DNA of 30,907 nucleotides from Escherichia coli (GTDB lineage Bacteria; Pseudomonadota; Gammaproteobacteria; Enterobacterales; Enterobacteriaceae): NCBI RefSeq assembly GCF_003334385.1, contig NZ_QOWN01000055.1; one strand, 5' to 3'. Shown piece by piece: positions 1 to 9,290 of this stretch (position 1 is its first letter; each line of letters starts with the position of its first letter). The notes under the pieces were generated by a model. It saw only the letters and a program-made list of their open reading frames with translations, ran no database searches and was not told where the DNA came from. The position numbers and the translations under genes were made by a program.

Positions 1-148
1 TGCTGCCCAATCATCATTCAGTCAGCAGAAGCAAAATTAAACCCTGAAGCAGTCAGACACGGAATGAGTGATCCTCGTAAAAGAATTCAGGAGGTCAGAA
101 TGCGCCAATACCTGCATATAGAAAGAGGCCAGCTCACTGCGTAAATCG

Positions 149-1717
149 TCATGGGGCTAAAATCCCCGAATAAGAGTTTGTAAAATCCAAGATACAGTCT
201 GACTGTTTCAGGTTCTTTAATCCGCGATATAACGAAGCTCCCGGAGCTGCGTAAGGTCTTTTTGGGCTCAATATTTGACAAAGGCCATAAGAATTCTTTT
301 TCCCGAGACAGACGGCACGAAGCGCTCTTTCTGCTGTGTTATTGTCCGCCTCCGCCAGACCGTCATCACTGTAATAACAGAGGCCGTCCCACTGATTCAG
401 GACATAGCTGAACGCTTCGCCCAGTCTGGATTTTTTCGACAACGTGCCATTCTTCTCCACCATCCATTCATGCAGCGACGTCAGTAACGCTTTGCTTCGC
501 TGCTGCCTGGCTGCAAGACGTTCAGACTCCGGTAAGCCCCGTATTTCATCCTCGATGGCGTACAGTTCACTGATTCGCTTCAGAGCTTCTTCTGCCGTCG
601 TACTTTTGCTGCTGATGTATACATCGTGTATTTTTCGCCGGGCATGGACCCAGCACGCAACTTCTGTCTGTGCACCACCTTCACGTTTGGCACTGAACAG
701 CCGATCGTAACCGCTGAATGCATCCGCCTGCAGGATACCCCGGAAGGGACGAAGGTGTTGTACCGGATGTTTTCCCTGCCTGTCTGGTGAGTAGGCGAAC
801 CAGACCGCCGGTGGCTCTGATGAGCCCGCATTCCGGTCATCCCGGACATACGTCCAGATGCGTCCTGTTTTTGCCTTTTTTCTGCCCGGTGTCAGCACTT
901 TTACCGGTGTGTCGTCAGTGTGAACCTTGCGGGTGTTCATTACATAACGGTACAGGGCATCATTCAGCGGAGTCATTAACTGGCAGCACGCGTCAACCCA
1001 GTTGGAGATTAATGCACGGCTCAGTTCGGCACCCTGTCGGGCAAAGATTTCACTCTGACGATACAGTGGCAGGTGTTCGCAGTATTTTCCCGTTAACACG
1101 CGGGCAAGTAATCCGGAGCCCGCGATGCCGCGCGCTATCGGGCGGGACGGCGCTGGCGCTTCAACTATATAGTCACATTTTGTACAGGCTTTTTTTACCC
1201 GAACAGTGCGGATCACTTTCAGGGCGCTACTCACCAGTTCCAGCTGCTCAGCACTGACTTCACCCAGATAATCCAGCTCACTGCCACACTCCGGGCAACA
1301 ACTTTCTTCAGGCTCCAGGCGGTGTATTTCACGGGGAAGATGTGCTGGTAACGGACGACGATGACGTGACTGTCGCAACTGGCGGGGAACCTGCGGGTCA
1401 TCCTCACTCCCACTGTAACGATCGCTTTCCTGTTCGCGTTGTTTCAGTTGGGCCTCAGCCTGTTCAACCTCACGCTGCAGTTTTTCAGAACGGGTACCGA
1501 ACAGCATCCGGCGCAGTTTTTCTATCTGGGCCCTCAGATATTCTATTTCCCGCTCCTCCTCTTCGATCTTTTCTTCGGCACGTGCCAGTGCAGAGCGCAG
1601 GAAGGCCTCCGTCTCTTCAACCAGACTCAGTTGCAGATCTCTCTGACGGAGGGCTTCAGCCTGCTCAGAGAGCAGCCTTTCCAGCTCAGTGATACGAATG
1701 AGGTATTTCCGACTCAT
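149..1717 (-). CDS. tnpC: IS66-family transposase TnpC, 3'-truncated: the last ~80 codons are replaced by read-through into unrelated flanking sequence
   Basis: 522 aa ORF, about 90% identical over most of its length to the intact 537 aa copy at 27691-29304. Has the Cys-rich CPECG...CTKC motif and the conserved IS66 core. Similarity to the intact copy stops after GKKN (nucleotide homology breaks near position 287), so the C-terminus is foreign read-through. Confidence 0.85.
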   Translation of the reverse strand: MSRKYLIRITELERLLSEQAEALRQRDLQLSLVEETEAFLRSALARAEEKIEEEEREIEYLRAQIEKLRRMLFGTRSEKLQREVEQAEAQLKQREQESDRYSGSEDDPQVPRQLRQSRHRRPLPAHLPREIHRLEPEESCCPECGSELDYLGEVSAEQLELVSSALKVIRTVRVKKACTKCDYIVEAPAPSRPIARGIAGSGLLARVLTGKYCEHLPLYRQSEIFARQGAELSRALISNWVDACCQLMTPLNDALYRYVMNTRKVHTDDTPVKVLTPGRKKAKTGRIWTYVRDDRNAGSSEPPAVWFAYSPDRQGKHPVQHLRPFRGILQADAFSGYDRLFSAKREGGAQTEVACWVHARRKIHDVYISSKSTTAEEALKRISELYAIEDEIRGLPESERLAARQQRSKALLTSLHEWMVEKNGTLSKKSRLGEAFSYVLNQWDGLCYYSDDGLAEADNNTAERALRAVCLGKKNSYGLCQILSPKRPYAAPGASLYRGLKNLKQSDCILDFTNSYSGILAP

Positions 1718-1747
1718 GACCGTTTTTATAATCCGGCCATGACATTT

Positions 1748-2098
1748 TTACAACATTGTCAGTGCGTTAAGACGGGATGTTTTTGGCTGACGCCAGTCCA
1801 GCTTATCGAGGAGCATTGCCAGCTGCGAGCGGGTAATGGATACCTTACCGTCACGCACCGCAGGCCAGATAAACTGGCCTTCCTCCAGGCGTTTGGTGAA
1901 CAGGCACAGACCATCAGCATCAGCCCAGAGGATTTTAATCATGTCACTCCGTCGGCCACGGAAGATGAACAGGTGACCGGAGAAGGGGGGCTCATCCAGC
2001 ACATGTTGTACCTGTTCACCCAGACCGTTGAAGGATTTACGCATATCAGTAACGCCGGCAACCAGCCAGATTCGAGTGTCTGATGGGAGCGAGATCAT
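1748..2098 (-). CDS. tnpB: IS66-family accessory protein TnpB (Orf2)
   Basis: 116 aa, near-identical to the ORF at 29335-29685; typical size and position between tnpA and tnpC. Confidence 0.9.
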   Translation of the reverse strand: MISLPSDTRIWLVAGVTDMRKSFNGLGEQVQHVLDEPPFSGHLFIFRGRRSDMIKILWADADGLCLFTKRLEEGQFIWPAVRDGKVSITRSQLAMLLDKLDWRQPKTSRLNALTML

Positions 2099-2520
2099 CG
2101 CCCCCTCCCGGTCAGTTCACGGATCAACACCGTGAGCAGCTCTGGTGAAGGATTTTCCAGCGTCATGTTACCGTGGCGGAACTCAACTTTACAGGAACTG
2201 GCACTGACTGTGCTTTGTGAAGGAGTGGATAAAAGCGGAGTAAGAGCCGCCATAGGCTCTTTCTGCTCATCAGGCGTTATCTCAACAGGTAATAATTCAA
2301 CGCCAGCGCCAGAAGAGGTTGTTACCGGAAGACGCCGCGATATACGCCCTTCGTTCTGCCAGAGCCTGAGCCATTTGAACAGGAGGTTATCATTGATATC
2401 GTGTTCCCTGGCAATACGGGCAACAGAGGCTCCTAGTTGTGAAGCCAGTTTAACCATTTGAAGTTTAAACTCATTTGAAAATGTTCTGCGGGGTTCTGCG
2501 GATAATATTTTCTGTTCCAT
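2095..2520 (-). CDS. tnpA: IS66-family accessory protein TnpA (Orf1)
   Basis: 141 aa; conserved NEFKLQMV...FKWLRLWQNEGR block shared with the ORF at 29682-30107; overlaps tnpB by 4 nt. Confidence 0.85.
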   Translation of the reverse strand: MEQKILSAEPRRTFSNEFKLQMVKLASQLGASVARIAREHDINDNLLFKWLRLWQNEGRISRRLPVTTSSGAGVELLPVEITPDEQKEPMAALTPLLSTPSQSTVSASSCKVEFRHGNMTLENPSPELLTVLIRELTGRGR

Positions 2521-2580
2521 AACAGGTGTCCACTAGTTGATGAAAAGGTGGGCACCTACGTTACCAATACTGGCTTAATG

Positions 2581-2609
2581 GCTACATACGGCGGTCAGTT
2601 TACGCTTAC
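2581..2609. repeat. IS66 terminal inverted repeat (right end of copy 1)
   Basis: GCTACATACGGCGGTCAGTTTACGCTTAC recurs at 30163-30192 at the end of copy 2. Confidence 0.75.
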
Positions 2610-3131
2610 CATGTATCTGGCGAGTGAAGCTTTATGTCGTGTTCTGGCGTGTCCTGTGTTAGTTAGAACACGCCATCGATGGTCAGCAGGTTCATATTGC
2701 ACCAGAGCGGATACAGCGTGGTGTTATGTCAGGGCTGCGCTGTTTACGTGAACACGTGGCGTACGGCCCCGCTTCCTGGCCGCTGCTGGGCATGGATCAC
2801 GGCGCGACAAAGGGGCGACTACCTGGCAGCATGTGTCCAGCCGGTTCACAATCTGGTGAAGGTTCCTTACGCTCATGGGCCATACTGATAATTCACCAGG
2901 CCATCATTTCCAGAGGAAGACGCCGTTTGCGTAGCGTGACAGTGTCGGACTCTTCAGGGCTGTGGGTAATCAGTTCCGGGGCAAGATAGTCGCAGAGGGT
3001 TACGCAGAGAATGGTAACTGGACACTGGATCGATCAACCGATCCTTAACTGAGCGGCATGACAGCTTTCTGATGGTTTTTTTTTGATAATCTTCACATTG
3101 TGCTTCTTTTCTGTTGGATAATCTTTGTACT

Positions 3132-3150
3132 TGGTGGTGTACTAGGTATC
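3132..3150 (+). promoter_or_regulatory. Candidate NanR operator (imperfect GGTATA-type hexamer repeats) upstream of nanA
   Basis: TGGTGGTGTActaGGTATC lies ~35 bp upstream of the nanA ATG. The E. coli NanR operator is built from GGTATA repeats; this is an imperfect 2-3 repeat version. Confidence 0.3.
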
Positions 3151-3181
3151 CCATTATGCAGTTAAGTGAAGGTGATTAAAA

Positions 3182-4099
3182 ATGCAATGTGAATTTAAAG
3201 GGGTCATATCAGCATTACCCACTCCTTATGACCAATCCCAGCAAATCGATATGGAGAGTCTTCGAAAACTGATCCGTTTTAATATCGAACAAAATATTAA
3301 GGGATTGTATGTTGGAGGCTCTACTGGAGAAGCATTTCTTCAGAATGTTGCAGAGCGAGAAAAAATTCTTGAAACAGTAGCCGATGAATCAGATGGAAGA
3401 CTGACACTTATAGCGCATGTGGGCGGAATCAGTACGGCAGAAAGCGAGGTACTTGCAAAAGCTGCAAAAAAATACGGATATCATGCTATATCTGCTGTTA
3501 CTCCATTTTATTATCCTTTTTCATTTGAAGAGCATTGTATCCATTACAGGAAGATTATTGATTCTGCAGATGGACTTCCGATGGTAGTTTATAATATACC
3601 GGCTCTTAGCGGAGTGCGTTTTTCTTTAGATCAGATAAATGAGCTTGTCACAATACCCAGGGTTTGTGCATTAAAACAGACATCCGGTGATTTATTCCAG
3701 ATGGAACAAATCAAAAGGAATCATCCAGAGCTTGTGTTATATAATGGTTACGATGAAATATTTGCATCAGGGTTAATTGCAGGTGCAGATGGGGGAATCG
3801 GTAGTACATATAATATAATGGGGTGGCGTTATCTTGAAATATTTGAAGCAGTCAAAAACAATGATGTGATTAAGGCGAAGGAAATACAGGTAGCCTGTAA
3901 CCAGGTTATTGACACTCTTATTCAGAGTGGTGTCCTGGCAGGTATAAAAACTCTTCTTTACTATATGGGGATTATAAATACTCCTGTATGCAGAAGTCCT
4001 TTTTCTCCGGTAAAGGAAAAGAATCTGGATGTATTATCAAAACTTGCAGAGCGACTGCTCGAAGAACATGACAGAAACAAAAAAATGAAAATAATCTGA
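3182..4099 (+). CDS. nanA: N-acetylneuraminate lyase (DHDPS/NAL family)
   Basis: 305 aa; alignable throughout with E. coli NanA as I recall it (~60-65% identity). GGSTGE motif, [10 protein letters not shown] (Tyr137 equivalent) and ALKQTSGD (Schiff-base Lys165 equivalent) are present. Confidence 0.9.
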   Translation: MQCEFKGVISALPTPYDQSQQIDMESLRKLIRFNIEQNIKGLYVGGSTGEAFLQNVAEREKILETVADESDGRLTLIAHVGGISTAESEVLAKAAKKYGYHAISAVTPFYYPFSFEEHCIHYRKIIDSADGLPMVVYNIPALSGVRFSLDQINELVTIPRVCALKQTSGDLFQMEQIKRNHPELVLYNGYDEIFASGLIAGADGGIGSTYNIMGWRYLEIFEAVKNNDVIKAKEIQVACNQVIDTLIQSGVLAGIKTLLYYMGIINTPVCRSPFSPVKEKNLDVLSKLAERLLEEHDRNKKMKII

Positions 4100-4132
4100 A
4101 TAATTGCAAGATTGTTATATAGGTGAAAATGA

Positions 4133-5008
4133 ATGATAACACTGGCTGTTGATATAGGAGGAACGAAAATTTCAGCGGCGTTGATATCTGATGACGGTTC
4201 ATTTTTGCTGAAAAAACAGATATCAACACCTCATGAAAGATGTCCTGACGAAATGACAGGGGCTTTACGTCTACTGGTTTCTGAAATGAAGGGAACAGCG
4301 GAGCGATTTGCAGTAGCATCAACAGGGATTATTAATAATGGAGTATTGACAGCTCTGAATCCAGACAATCTTGGAGGGCTGAAAGAGTATCCTCTGAAAA
4401 ATATAATGGAAGATATAACTGGTTTAAATGGAAGTGTGATAAATGATGCCCAGGCAGCCGCATGGGCAGAATATACAGTTTTGCCAAAAGAAATTTGTGA
4501 TATGGTTTTTATAACCGTTTCTACGGGGGTTGGAGGGGGAATTGTAGTTAACAGAAAATTATTAACAGGTGTTTCTGGATTAGCCGGACATGTTGGGCAT
4601 ATATTGTCCGGAGTAACGGATACAGAATGTGGATGTGGTCGTCGGGGATGCGTTGAAGCGGTTTCATCTGGTCGGGCCATCATGGGGGCAGCAAAAAATA
4701 AACTTGCAGGATATAGCACCAAATATATTTTTGAATTAGCGAGACAGGGATATAAGGAAGCAGAATTTTTGACAGAGCGTTCTGCCAGTACTATTGCTGA
4801 ATTAATAGTAAGTTTAAAATTACTGCTTGATTGTCAGGTTGTTGTTGTCGGAGGAAGTGTTGGACTTGCTGATGGGTATGTTCAGAAAGTGTCGAAACAT
4901 CTTTCCATATATTCTGAAATTTGTAATGTAATGCTGTTTCCGGCATATTTCAGAAGTGACTCTGGTCTTATTGGTGCAACTCTTTGGGACCGGGATTGTA
5001 TTACTTAA
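4133..5008 (+). CDS. nanK: N-acetylmannosamine kinase (ROK family)
   Basis: 291 aa; N-terminal LAVDIGGTK ATP-binding motif; ROK zinc motif GHxGH...CGCGRRGCVE; collinear with E. coli NanK. Confidence 0.85.
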   Translation: MITLAVDIGGTKISAALISDDGSFLLKKQISTPHERCPDEMTGALRLLVSEMKGTAERFAVASTGIINNGVLTALNPDNLGGLKEYPLKNIMEDITGLNGSVINDAQAAAWAEYTVLPKEICDMVFITVSTGVGGGIVVNRKLLTGVSGLAGHVGHILSGVTDTECGCGRRGCVEAVSSGRAIMGAAKNKLAGYSTKYIFELARQGYKEAEFLTERSASTIAELIVSLKLLLDCQVVVVGGSVGLADGYVQKVSKHLSIYSEICNVMLFPAYFRSDSGLIGATLWDRDCIT

Positions 5009-5056
5009 AGTAATACTCCAGTGTATTATAAATCCGCTATTATTGTGAGGTTTAAT

Positions 5057-6529
5057 ATGGACTCCTGTATTCAGAAAAAGCAGGTTTGGTATAAGCATCT
5101 TTCACCCAGACAGTGGAAGATATTCGGTGCGGCATGGACAGGTTATTTACTTGATGGTTTTGATTTCGTTCTGATATCTCTGGTTCTTACAGAGGTTCAG
5201 CATGAATTCGGCTTGACGACAATAGAAGCGGCAAGCCTTATTTCCGCTGCTTTTATTTCCCGATGGTTTGGGGGGCTTGCTATTGGCGCTTTATCGGACA
5301 AGATGGGGCGCAGGATGGCAATGGTTTTAAGTATAGTGCTATTCTCTCTCGGAACCCTTGCCTGTGGTCTGGCTCCTGGATATGCAGTGATGTTTATTGC
5401 TCGCATTGTTATTGGGCTTGGTATGGCAGGTGAATATGGCTCAAGTGTAACATATGTTATCGAAAGCTGGCCTGTTCATCTCAGAAACAAGGCAAGTGGT
5501 TTTTTAATTTCTGGATTTTCTATTGGGGGAGGTTTAGCTGCACAGGTTTATAGCATTGTAGTACCACTATGGGGCTGGCGTTCTCTTTTCTTTGTCGGCA
5601 TGCTTCCAATATTATTTGCTTTTTATCTTCGCAAGAATCTTCCGGAGTCTGATGACTGGCAAAAAAGGCAACAAGAGAATAAACCCGTCAGAACAATGGT
5701 GGATATTCTGTACAGAGAAAAGAATAAATACATAAATATTCTTCTGTCTTGTATTGCATTTGCATGTCTATATGTTTGTTTTTCAGGCGTCACTGCAAAC
5801 GCTGCTTTAATCACAGTTATGGCATTGTGCTGTGCGGCTGTTTTTATCAGTTTTATATATCAGGGTATGGGGAAAAGATGGCCAACAGGCATTATGTTGA
5901 TGCTTGTGGTTATGTTCTGTTTCCTCTACGGATGGCCACTGCAGGCTTTTCTTCCTACATGGCTTAAGGTTGATATGCAGTATTCACCAGAAACTGTTGC
6001 TCTCATATTTATGCTGGCAGGTTTTGGCTCTGCAGCTGGAAGTTGTATAGGTGGTTTTATGGGGGACTGGCTTGGAACCCGAAAAGCATATGTTATATCA
6101 CTTCTTATCGGTCAGCTTGTTATTATCCCCGTTTTTCTTGTGGACCGGGACTATGTATGGTTACTTGGCCTTCTAATCTTTACTCAGCAGGTTTTTGGTC
6201 AGGGGATTGGTGCTCTGGTGCCGAAAATAATCAGTGGTTATTTTAATGTGGAGCAGCGTGCGGCAGGACTGGGGTTTATTTATAATGTAGGTTCACTTGG
6301 TGGAGCATGTGCGCCTATTCTTGGTGCAGTTGTTGCGTCTCATACAAGTCTTGGTACAGCAATGTGTTCTCTTGCTTTTATCTTAACATTTGTTGTTCTT
6401 GTCCTTATTGGTTTTGATATGCCATCACGTGTACAGAGATGGATCCATCCAGAAGCTGCGCTTGAATATGATACTGTCGATGGAAAACCTTTTTATGGAG
6501 CAAGAAAAAAGAATGTTGCAGAAGAATAA
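5057..6529 (+). CDS. nanT: Sialic acid:H+ symporter, MFS family
   Basis: Strong similarity to E. coli NanT throughout (e.g. [29 protein letters not shown], GLGFxYNVGx[14 protein letters not shown]). ATG at 5057 with GAGG 6 nt upstream is preferred over the GTG at 5021 given in the ORF track. Confidence 0.85.
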   Translation: MDSCIQKKQVWYKHLSPRQWKIFGAAWTGYLLDGFDFVLISLVLTEVQHEFGLTTIEAASLISAAFISRWFGGLAIGALSDKMGRRMAMVLSIVLFSLGTLACGLAPGYAVMFIARIVIGLGMAGEYGSSVTYVIESWPVHLRNKASGFLISGFSIGGGLAAQVYSIVVPLWGWRSLFFVGMLPILFAFYLRKNLPESDDWQKRQQENKPVRTMVDILYREKNKYINILLSCIAFACLYVCFSGVTANAALITVMALCCAAVFISFIYQGMGKRWPTGIMLMLVVMFCFLYGWPLQAFLPTWLKVDMQYSPETVALIFMLAGFGSAAGSCIGGFMGDWLGTRKAYVISLLIGQLVIIPVFLVDRDYVWLLGLLIFTQQVFGQGIGALVPKIISGYFNVEQRAAGLGFIYNVGSLGGACAPILGAVVASHTSLGTAMCSLAFILTFVVLVLIGFDMPSRVQRWIHPEAALEYDTVDGKPFYGARKKNVAEE

Positions 6530-6532
6530 CGG

Positions 6533-7363
6533 ATGCTATCAGGGAATAAAAAAATGATTCATTACAGGGAGAATATATATTCTCTTGATAATTATGAGCG
6601 TTACATAACTGACAGTTCGCTATTTGAGAATACTGGCGATGGCATAATATATACAGGTATTGTGCCCCTTATTACAGTTGTTGAGCCTGTTGTATCTAAT
6701 CAACATAGTGTGCTGATTATACCTGGAGGTGGATACAGGAGGATTGTTTATGAAAGAGAGGGACTTGATGTTGGCAGATGGATAGCAGGTCAGGGATATA
6801 CGGCATTTATTCTTTCTTACAGAATGCCCTCCGTTAATGGTTATTATTCCTTTGCAGATGCGAAGAATGCCCTGAACTTTATTTCTTACTGGGCCGGAAT
6901 GTCGGAGAGAACATTTAAGAGTGTTGGGTGTATGGGGTTTTCGGCAGGTGGTCATCTTGCTGGATATATTACTCATCTCCATTATGAGGAAGAGACTTCT
7001 GTGCGTCCTGACTGGATGGCTCTGATATATCCAGTTATATCTCTTGACAGGAGTATTGCTCATCAGGGATGCCGGAAACGTCTTCTGGATGCAGGTGAAA
7101 GTGAATATTCAGCCAGTCTTGAAAATAGTGTTACAGAGTATATGCCACCAGTCTTTATTGTGCATGCAACAGATGATAAGGATGTTCCAGTTATTCATTC
7201 TCTGAGATATTTTAACTCTATTCGGGATAAGGGACATCATGCAGAAGCTCATTTTTTTGATAAGGGGGGGCATGGATTTGGTGTATCCGGAAAAAATGGA
7301 TATCCGATAGAAAAATGGCAAAGCCTGCTTCTGGAATGGCTTGCGGAACATAAGTTTCATTGA
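6533..7363 (+). CDS. Alpha/beta-hydrolase fold esterase (putative carbohydrate/sialate O-acetylesterase), cytoplasmic
   Basis: 276 aa. Oxyanion-hole-like IIPGGGY, nucleophile elbow GFSAGGH (GxSxG), acidic HATDDKDV and C-terminal KGGHGF give a Ser-Asp-His triad. No signal peptide. Start lies 3 nt after the nanT stop; an alternative ATG at 6554 has a better RBS. Confidence 0.75.
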   Translation: MLSGNKKMIHYRENIYSLDNYERYITDSSLFENTGDGIIYTGIVPLITVVEPVVSNQHSVLIIPGGGYRRIVYEREGLDVGRWIAGQGYTAFILSYRMPSVNGYYSFADAKNALNFISYWAGMSERTFKSVGCMGFSAGGHLAGYITHLHYEEETSVRPDWMALIYPVISLDRSIAHQGCRKRLLDAGESEYSASLENSVTEYMPPVFIVHATDDKDVPVIHSLRYFNSIRDKGHHAEAHFFDKGGHGFGVSGKNGYPIEKWQSLLLEWLAEHKFH

Positions 7364-7408
7364 GAAATCAAATTACAAGTGATAAATATATTTAATGATG
7401 AGGCATTT

Positions 7409-8119
7409 ATGAAAAAATATTATCCACTATTAACTGTAATTCTTCTTGGTTTACCTTTGTGCTCTCAGGCATTAACTCTTAATCTACGTGGGGGATACAG
7501 AAGCGCCAGTCACGCTTATGAAACGTTGATTCAGGTTAGTCAGGGGTGGAATAATGGTTGGTGGGCAAGTTTTGAGTCAAACACCTGGAATACAATTCAC
7601 AACAATGAAAATGAATTGTTTGCACTCAATTATAATAAAATAGATATAAATAAAACATATAAAATAGATGACAAATGGGCTCTAATCCCAGGGATTCAGA
7701 CACAATGGATGTCAGCAGGAAGTCAGTATAACCCTTATCTGAAAATTTCGTATCAGGCAACGCCAGATCTTAATCTGGCCTTACGCTATCGCTATGACTG
7801 GAAAGCTTTCCGACAGACGGATTTAGATGGCAACAGGGCGCGTAATGATCAGCATCAGTTTGATGGTTATGTGACATACAAAATTAATGATTCATGGTTG
7901 TTTGCATGGCAGACCACGGTATATACGAAGGTTAATAATTTCAAATATGGGAATCATAAAAAAACAGCAACTGAAAATGCATTTGTTCTGCAATATAAAA
8001 TGTCACCGGTGTTCACCCCATATATAGAATATGATTACCTGGATAAACAAGGGGTGTATAAGGGGAAAGATAATAAACATGAAAATAGTTACCGTGTCGG
8101 TGTTCTGATTAATTTTTAA
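7409..8119 (+). CDS. nanC: N-acetylneuraminic acid outer-membrane channel (KdgM/NanC porin family)
   Basis: Collinear with E. coli NanC (LxxRGGYRSxSHAYETxxxVSxGWxNGWWAS, NHKKxATENAFVLQY, TPYIEYDYLDRQGVY). Signal peptide MKKYYPLLTVILLGLPLCSQA supports the ATG at 7409 rather than the GTG at 7379. Confidence 0.85.
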   Translation: MKKYYPLLTVILLGLPLCSQALTLNLRGGYRSASHAYETLIQVSQGWNNGWWASFESNTWNTIHNNENELFALNYNKIDINKTYKIDDKWALIPGIQTQWMSAGSQYNPYLKISYQATPDLNLALRYRYDWKAFRQTDLDGNRARNDQHQFDGYVTYKINDSWLFAWQTTVYTKVNNFKYGNHKKTATENAFVLQYKMSPVFTPYIEYDYLDKQGVYKGKDNKHENSYRVGVLINF

Positions 8120-8131
8120 AAGGTGATTACA

Positions 8132-9241
8132 ATGAAAGTGAAAAACTTTATATATCTTCCCTTCTGCTTGTTTATTGGAACGTCGGTAGCCGGAGTTTTA
8201 CCGGAAATTCCTGAACCATTTAAATATGGTGTAGGAGGGATCGAGAATGGTAAAATATATATAGGACTGGGAAGTCTGGGAAATAACTGGTATATGATAG
8301 ATACAAACCAGAGTGAAAAAAAATGGACTAAGATAGCACAATGGCCGACAGTTCCCAGAGAGCAGGCAACAGCTACTATTATTGATGGTAAGATCTATGT
8401 ATTTGGAGGAATTGGAAAAGATAAAAGTGGAGTCATAACCTTACAAAAAGATGTCTATTCCTATGATATTGCTAAAGATAAATGGGAAAAATTGATGACC
8501 CGTCCCCCTGTATCTCTTGCCGGTCATGTTTCTTTTATCCATAATGGTCATGCGGTATCTACTGGTGGTGTAAATGAGAATATTTTTAATGGATACTTTT
8601 CAGATGTCGAGTTATCAAAAGGGAATTCCGCGCTGACAGAGAAAGTCAACAGGGATTATTTTAGTAAACCTGCTGATGATTATTTTTTAAATAATCATAT
8701 AATTTCTTATGACCCGTCAAAAAACCAGTGGAAGAACCTGGGAACGACTCCATTTCCGGGAACTGCTGGTTCATCGGTGATTTTTGCAGAACAGCAAATT
8801 TATATACTGGGAGGGGAGAGAAAACCGGGGCTTCGTTCTGTTAGATCCTGGACGGGGGAGCTTTCGCATGATCGAATTAAATGGTCTGAACTTCCACCAG
8901 TAGCTTCACCCGAGGGGGTGTCAGGAGCATATGCCTCTGTTATTGATGGAAATATCTTTCTGGCCGGTGGTGCATATTTCCCGGGGGCGGCAGAAAAGTA
9001 TAGCAATGGTGAATACTGGTCTCATAAAGGACTGGATAAAGCCTATTCAAAAGAGATATATCAGCTAATAAAAAATGACTGGAAAAAAGTTGGTTCTTTG
9101 CCGGAAGGACTTGCTTATGGTGTAAGCCTGCCCTGGCAGGGGGGGATGCTCATTCTGGGTGGGGAGAAAAAAGATGGTAAAGCTGTTTCAGATGTTATTT
9201 ATCTGAAAAAAAATGACAAACAAATAAAGATTGTTAAATAA
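8132..9241 (+). CDS. nanM: N-acetylneuraminate mutarotase, Kelch-repeat beta-propeller, periplasmic
   Basis: Collinear with E. coli NanM/YjhT (VLPExPxPFK, GHVxFxHNG, GGVNxNIFNGYF, AYGVSLPW). Signal peptide present. ATG at 8132 follows RBS AAGGTGA; the ORF-track start at 8123 is a GTG. Confidence 0.85.
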   Translation: MKVKNFIYLPFCLFIGTSVAGVLPEIPEPFKYGVGGIENGKIYIGLGSLGNNWYMIDTNQSEKKWTKIAQWPTVPREQATATIIDGKIYVFGGIGKDKSGVITLQKDVYSYDIAKDKWEKLMTRPPVSLAGHVSFIHNGHAVSTGGVNENIFNGYFSDVELSKGNSALTEKVNRDYFSKPADDYFLNNHIISYDPSKNQWKNLGTTPFPGTAGSSVIFAEQQIYILGGERKPGLRSVRSWTGELSHDRIKWSELPPVASPEGVSGAYASVIDGNIFLAGGAYFPGAAEKYSNGEYWSHKGLDKAYSKEIYQLIKNDWKKVGSLPEGLAYGVSLPWQGGMLILGGEKKDGKAVSDVIYLKKNDKQIKIVK

Positions 9242-9249
9242 CTGTAATG

Positions 9250-9280
9250 CAGGTGACTGTATTAGTTGTTCAGTCACCTG
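9250..9280 (+). terminator. Hairpin (10-bp perfect stem, 11-nt loop) immediately after nanM; possible intra-operon terminator or attenuator
   Basis: CAGGTGACTG-tattagttgtt-CAGTCACCTG followed by AGTTATTTTA; begins 9 nt after the nanM stop and ends 10 nt before the next start. Confidence 0.45.
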
Positions 9281-9290
9281 AGTTATTTTA

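Larger units (their letters stand above)
287..2609 (-). mobile_element. IS66-family insertion sequence, copy 1, truncated at the tnpC 3' end (that terminal inverted repeat is missing)
   Basis: Three-gene IS66 layout tnpA-tnpB-tnpC with a 4-nt tnpA/tnpB overlap. Terminal repeat GGCTACATACGGCGGTCAGTTTACGCTTAC at 2581-2609 is the reverse complement of the IS66-type GTAAGCG... end. Homology with copy 2 is lost to the left of ~287. Confidence 0.8.

Noticed and set aside
1-286. Sequence left of the IS66 truncation point, examined for another IS end or gene
   Set aside because: Only a 64 aa ORF with no recognisable similarity; I could not assign it to a known IS terminus. Left unannotated.
718-2083. 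Plus-strand ORFs 718-1257, 1342-1692 and 1439-2083 (116-214 aa) inside the IS66 element
   Set aside because: They lie entirely antisense to the well-supported tnpC/tnpB genes in GC-rich DNA, have no recognisable motifs, and recur as the same shadow ORFs in copy 2. Treated as antisense artefacts.
1748-2098. Possibility that IS66 'TnpB' is an RNA-guided TnpB nuclease (IS200/IS605-type)
   Set aside because: IS66 Orf2 is a ~116 aa protein unrelated to the ~400 aa RuvC-like TnpB of IS200/IS605; the name coincidence only.
2610-3130. GC-rich 0.5 kb spacer between the IS66 end and nanA, examined for a tRNA gene (typical island integration site) or a coding remnant
   Set aside because: No tRNA-like T-arm (GGTTCGANTCC) or acceptor-stem pattern found by eye; the ORFs are short and overlapping with no motifs. 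Only small inverted repeats are present (e.g. GGATCG-atcaac-CGATCC near 3030).
5021-5056. GTG start at 5021 for nanT
   Set aside because: The ATG at 5057 has a GAGG RBS and gives an N-terminus collinear with NanT; the extension has no support.
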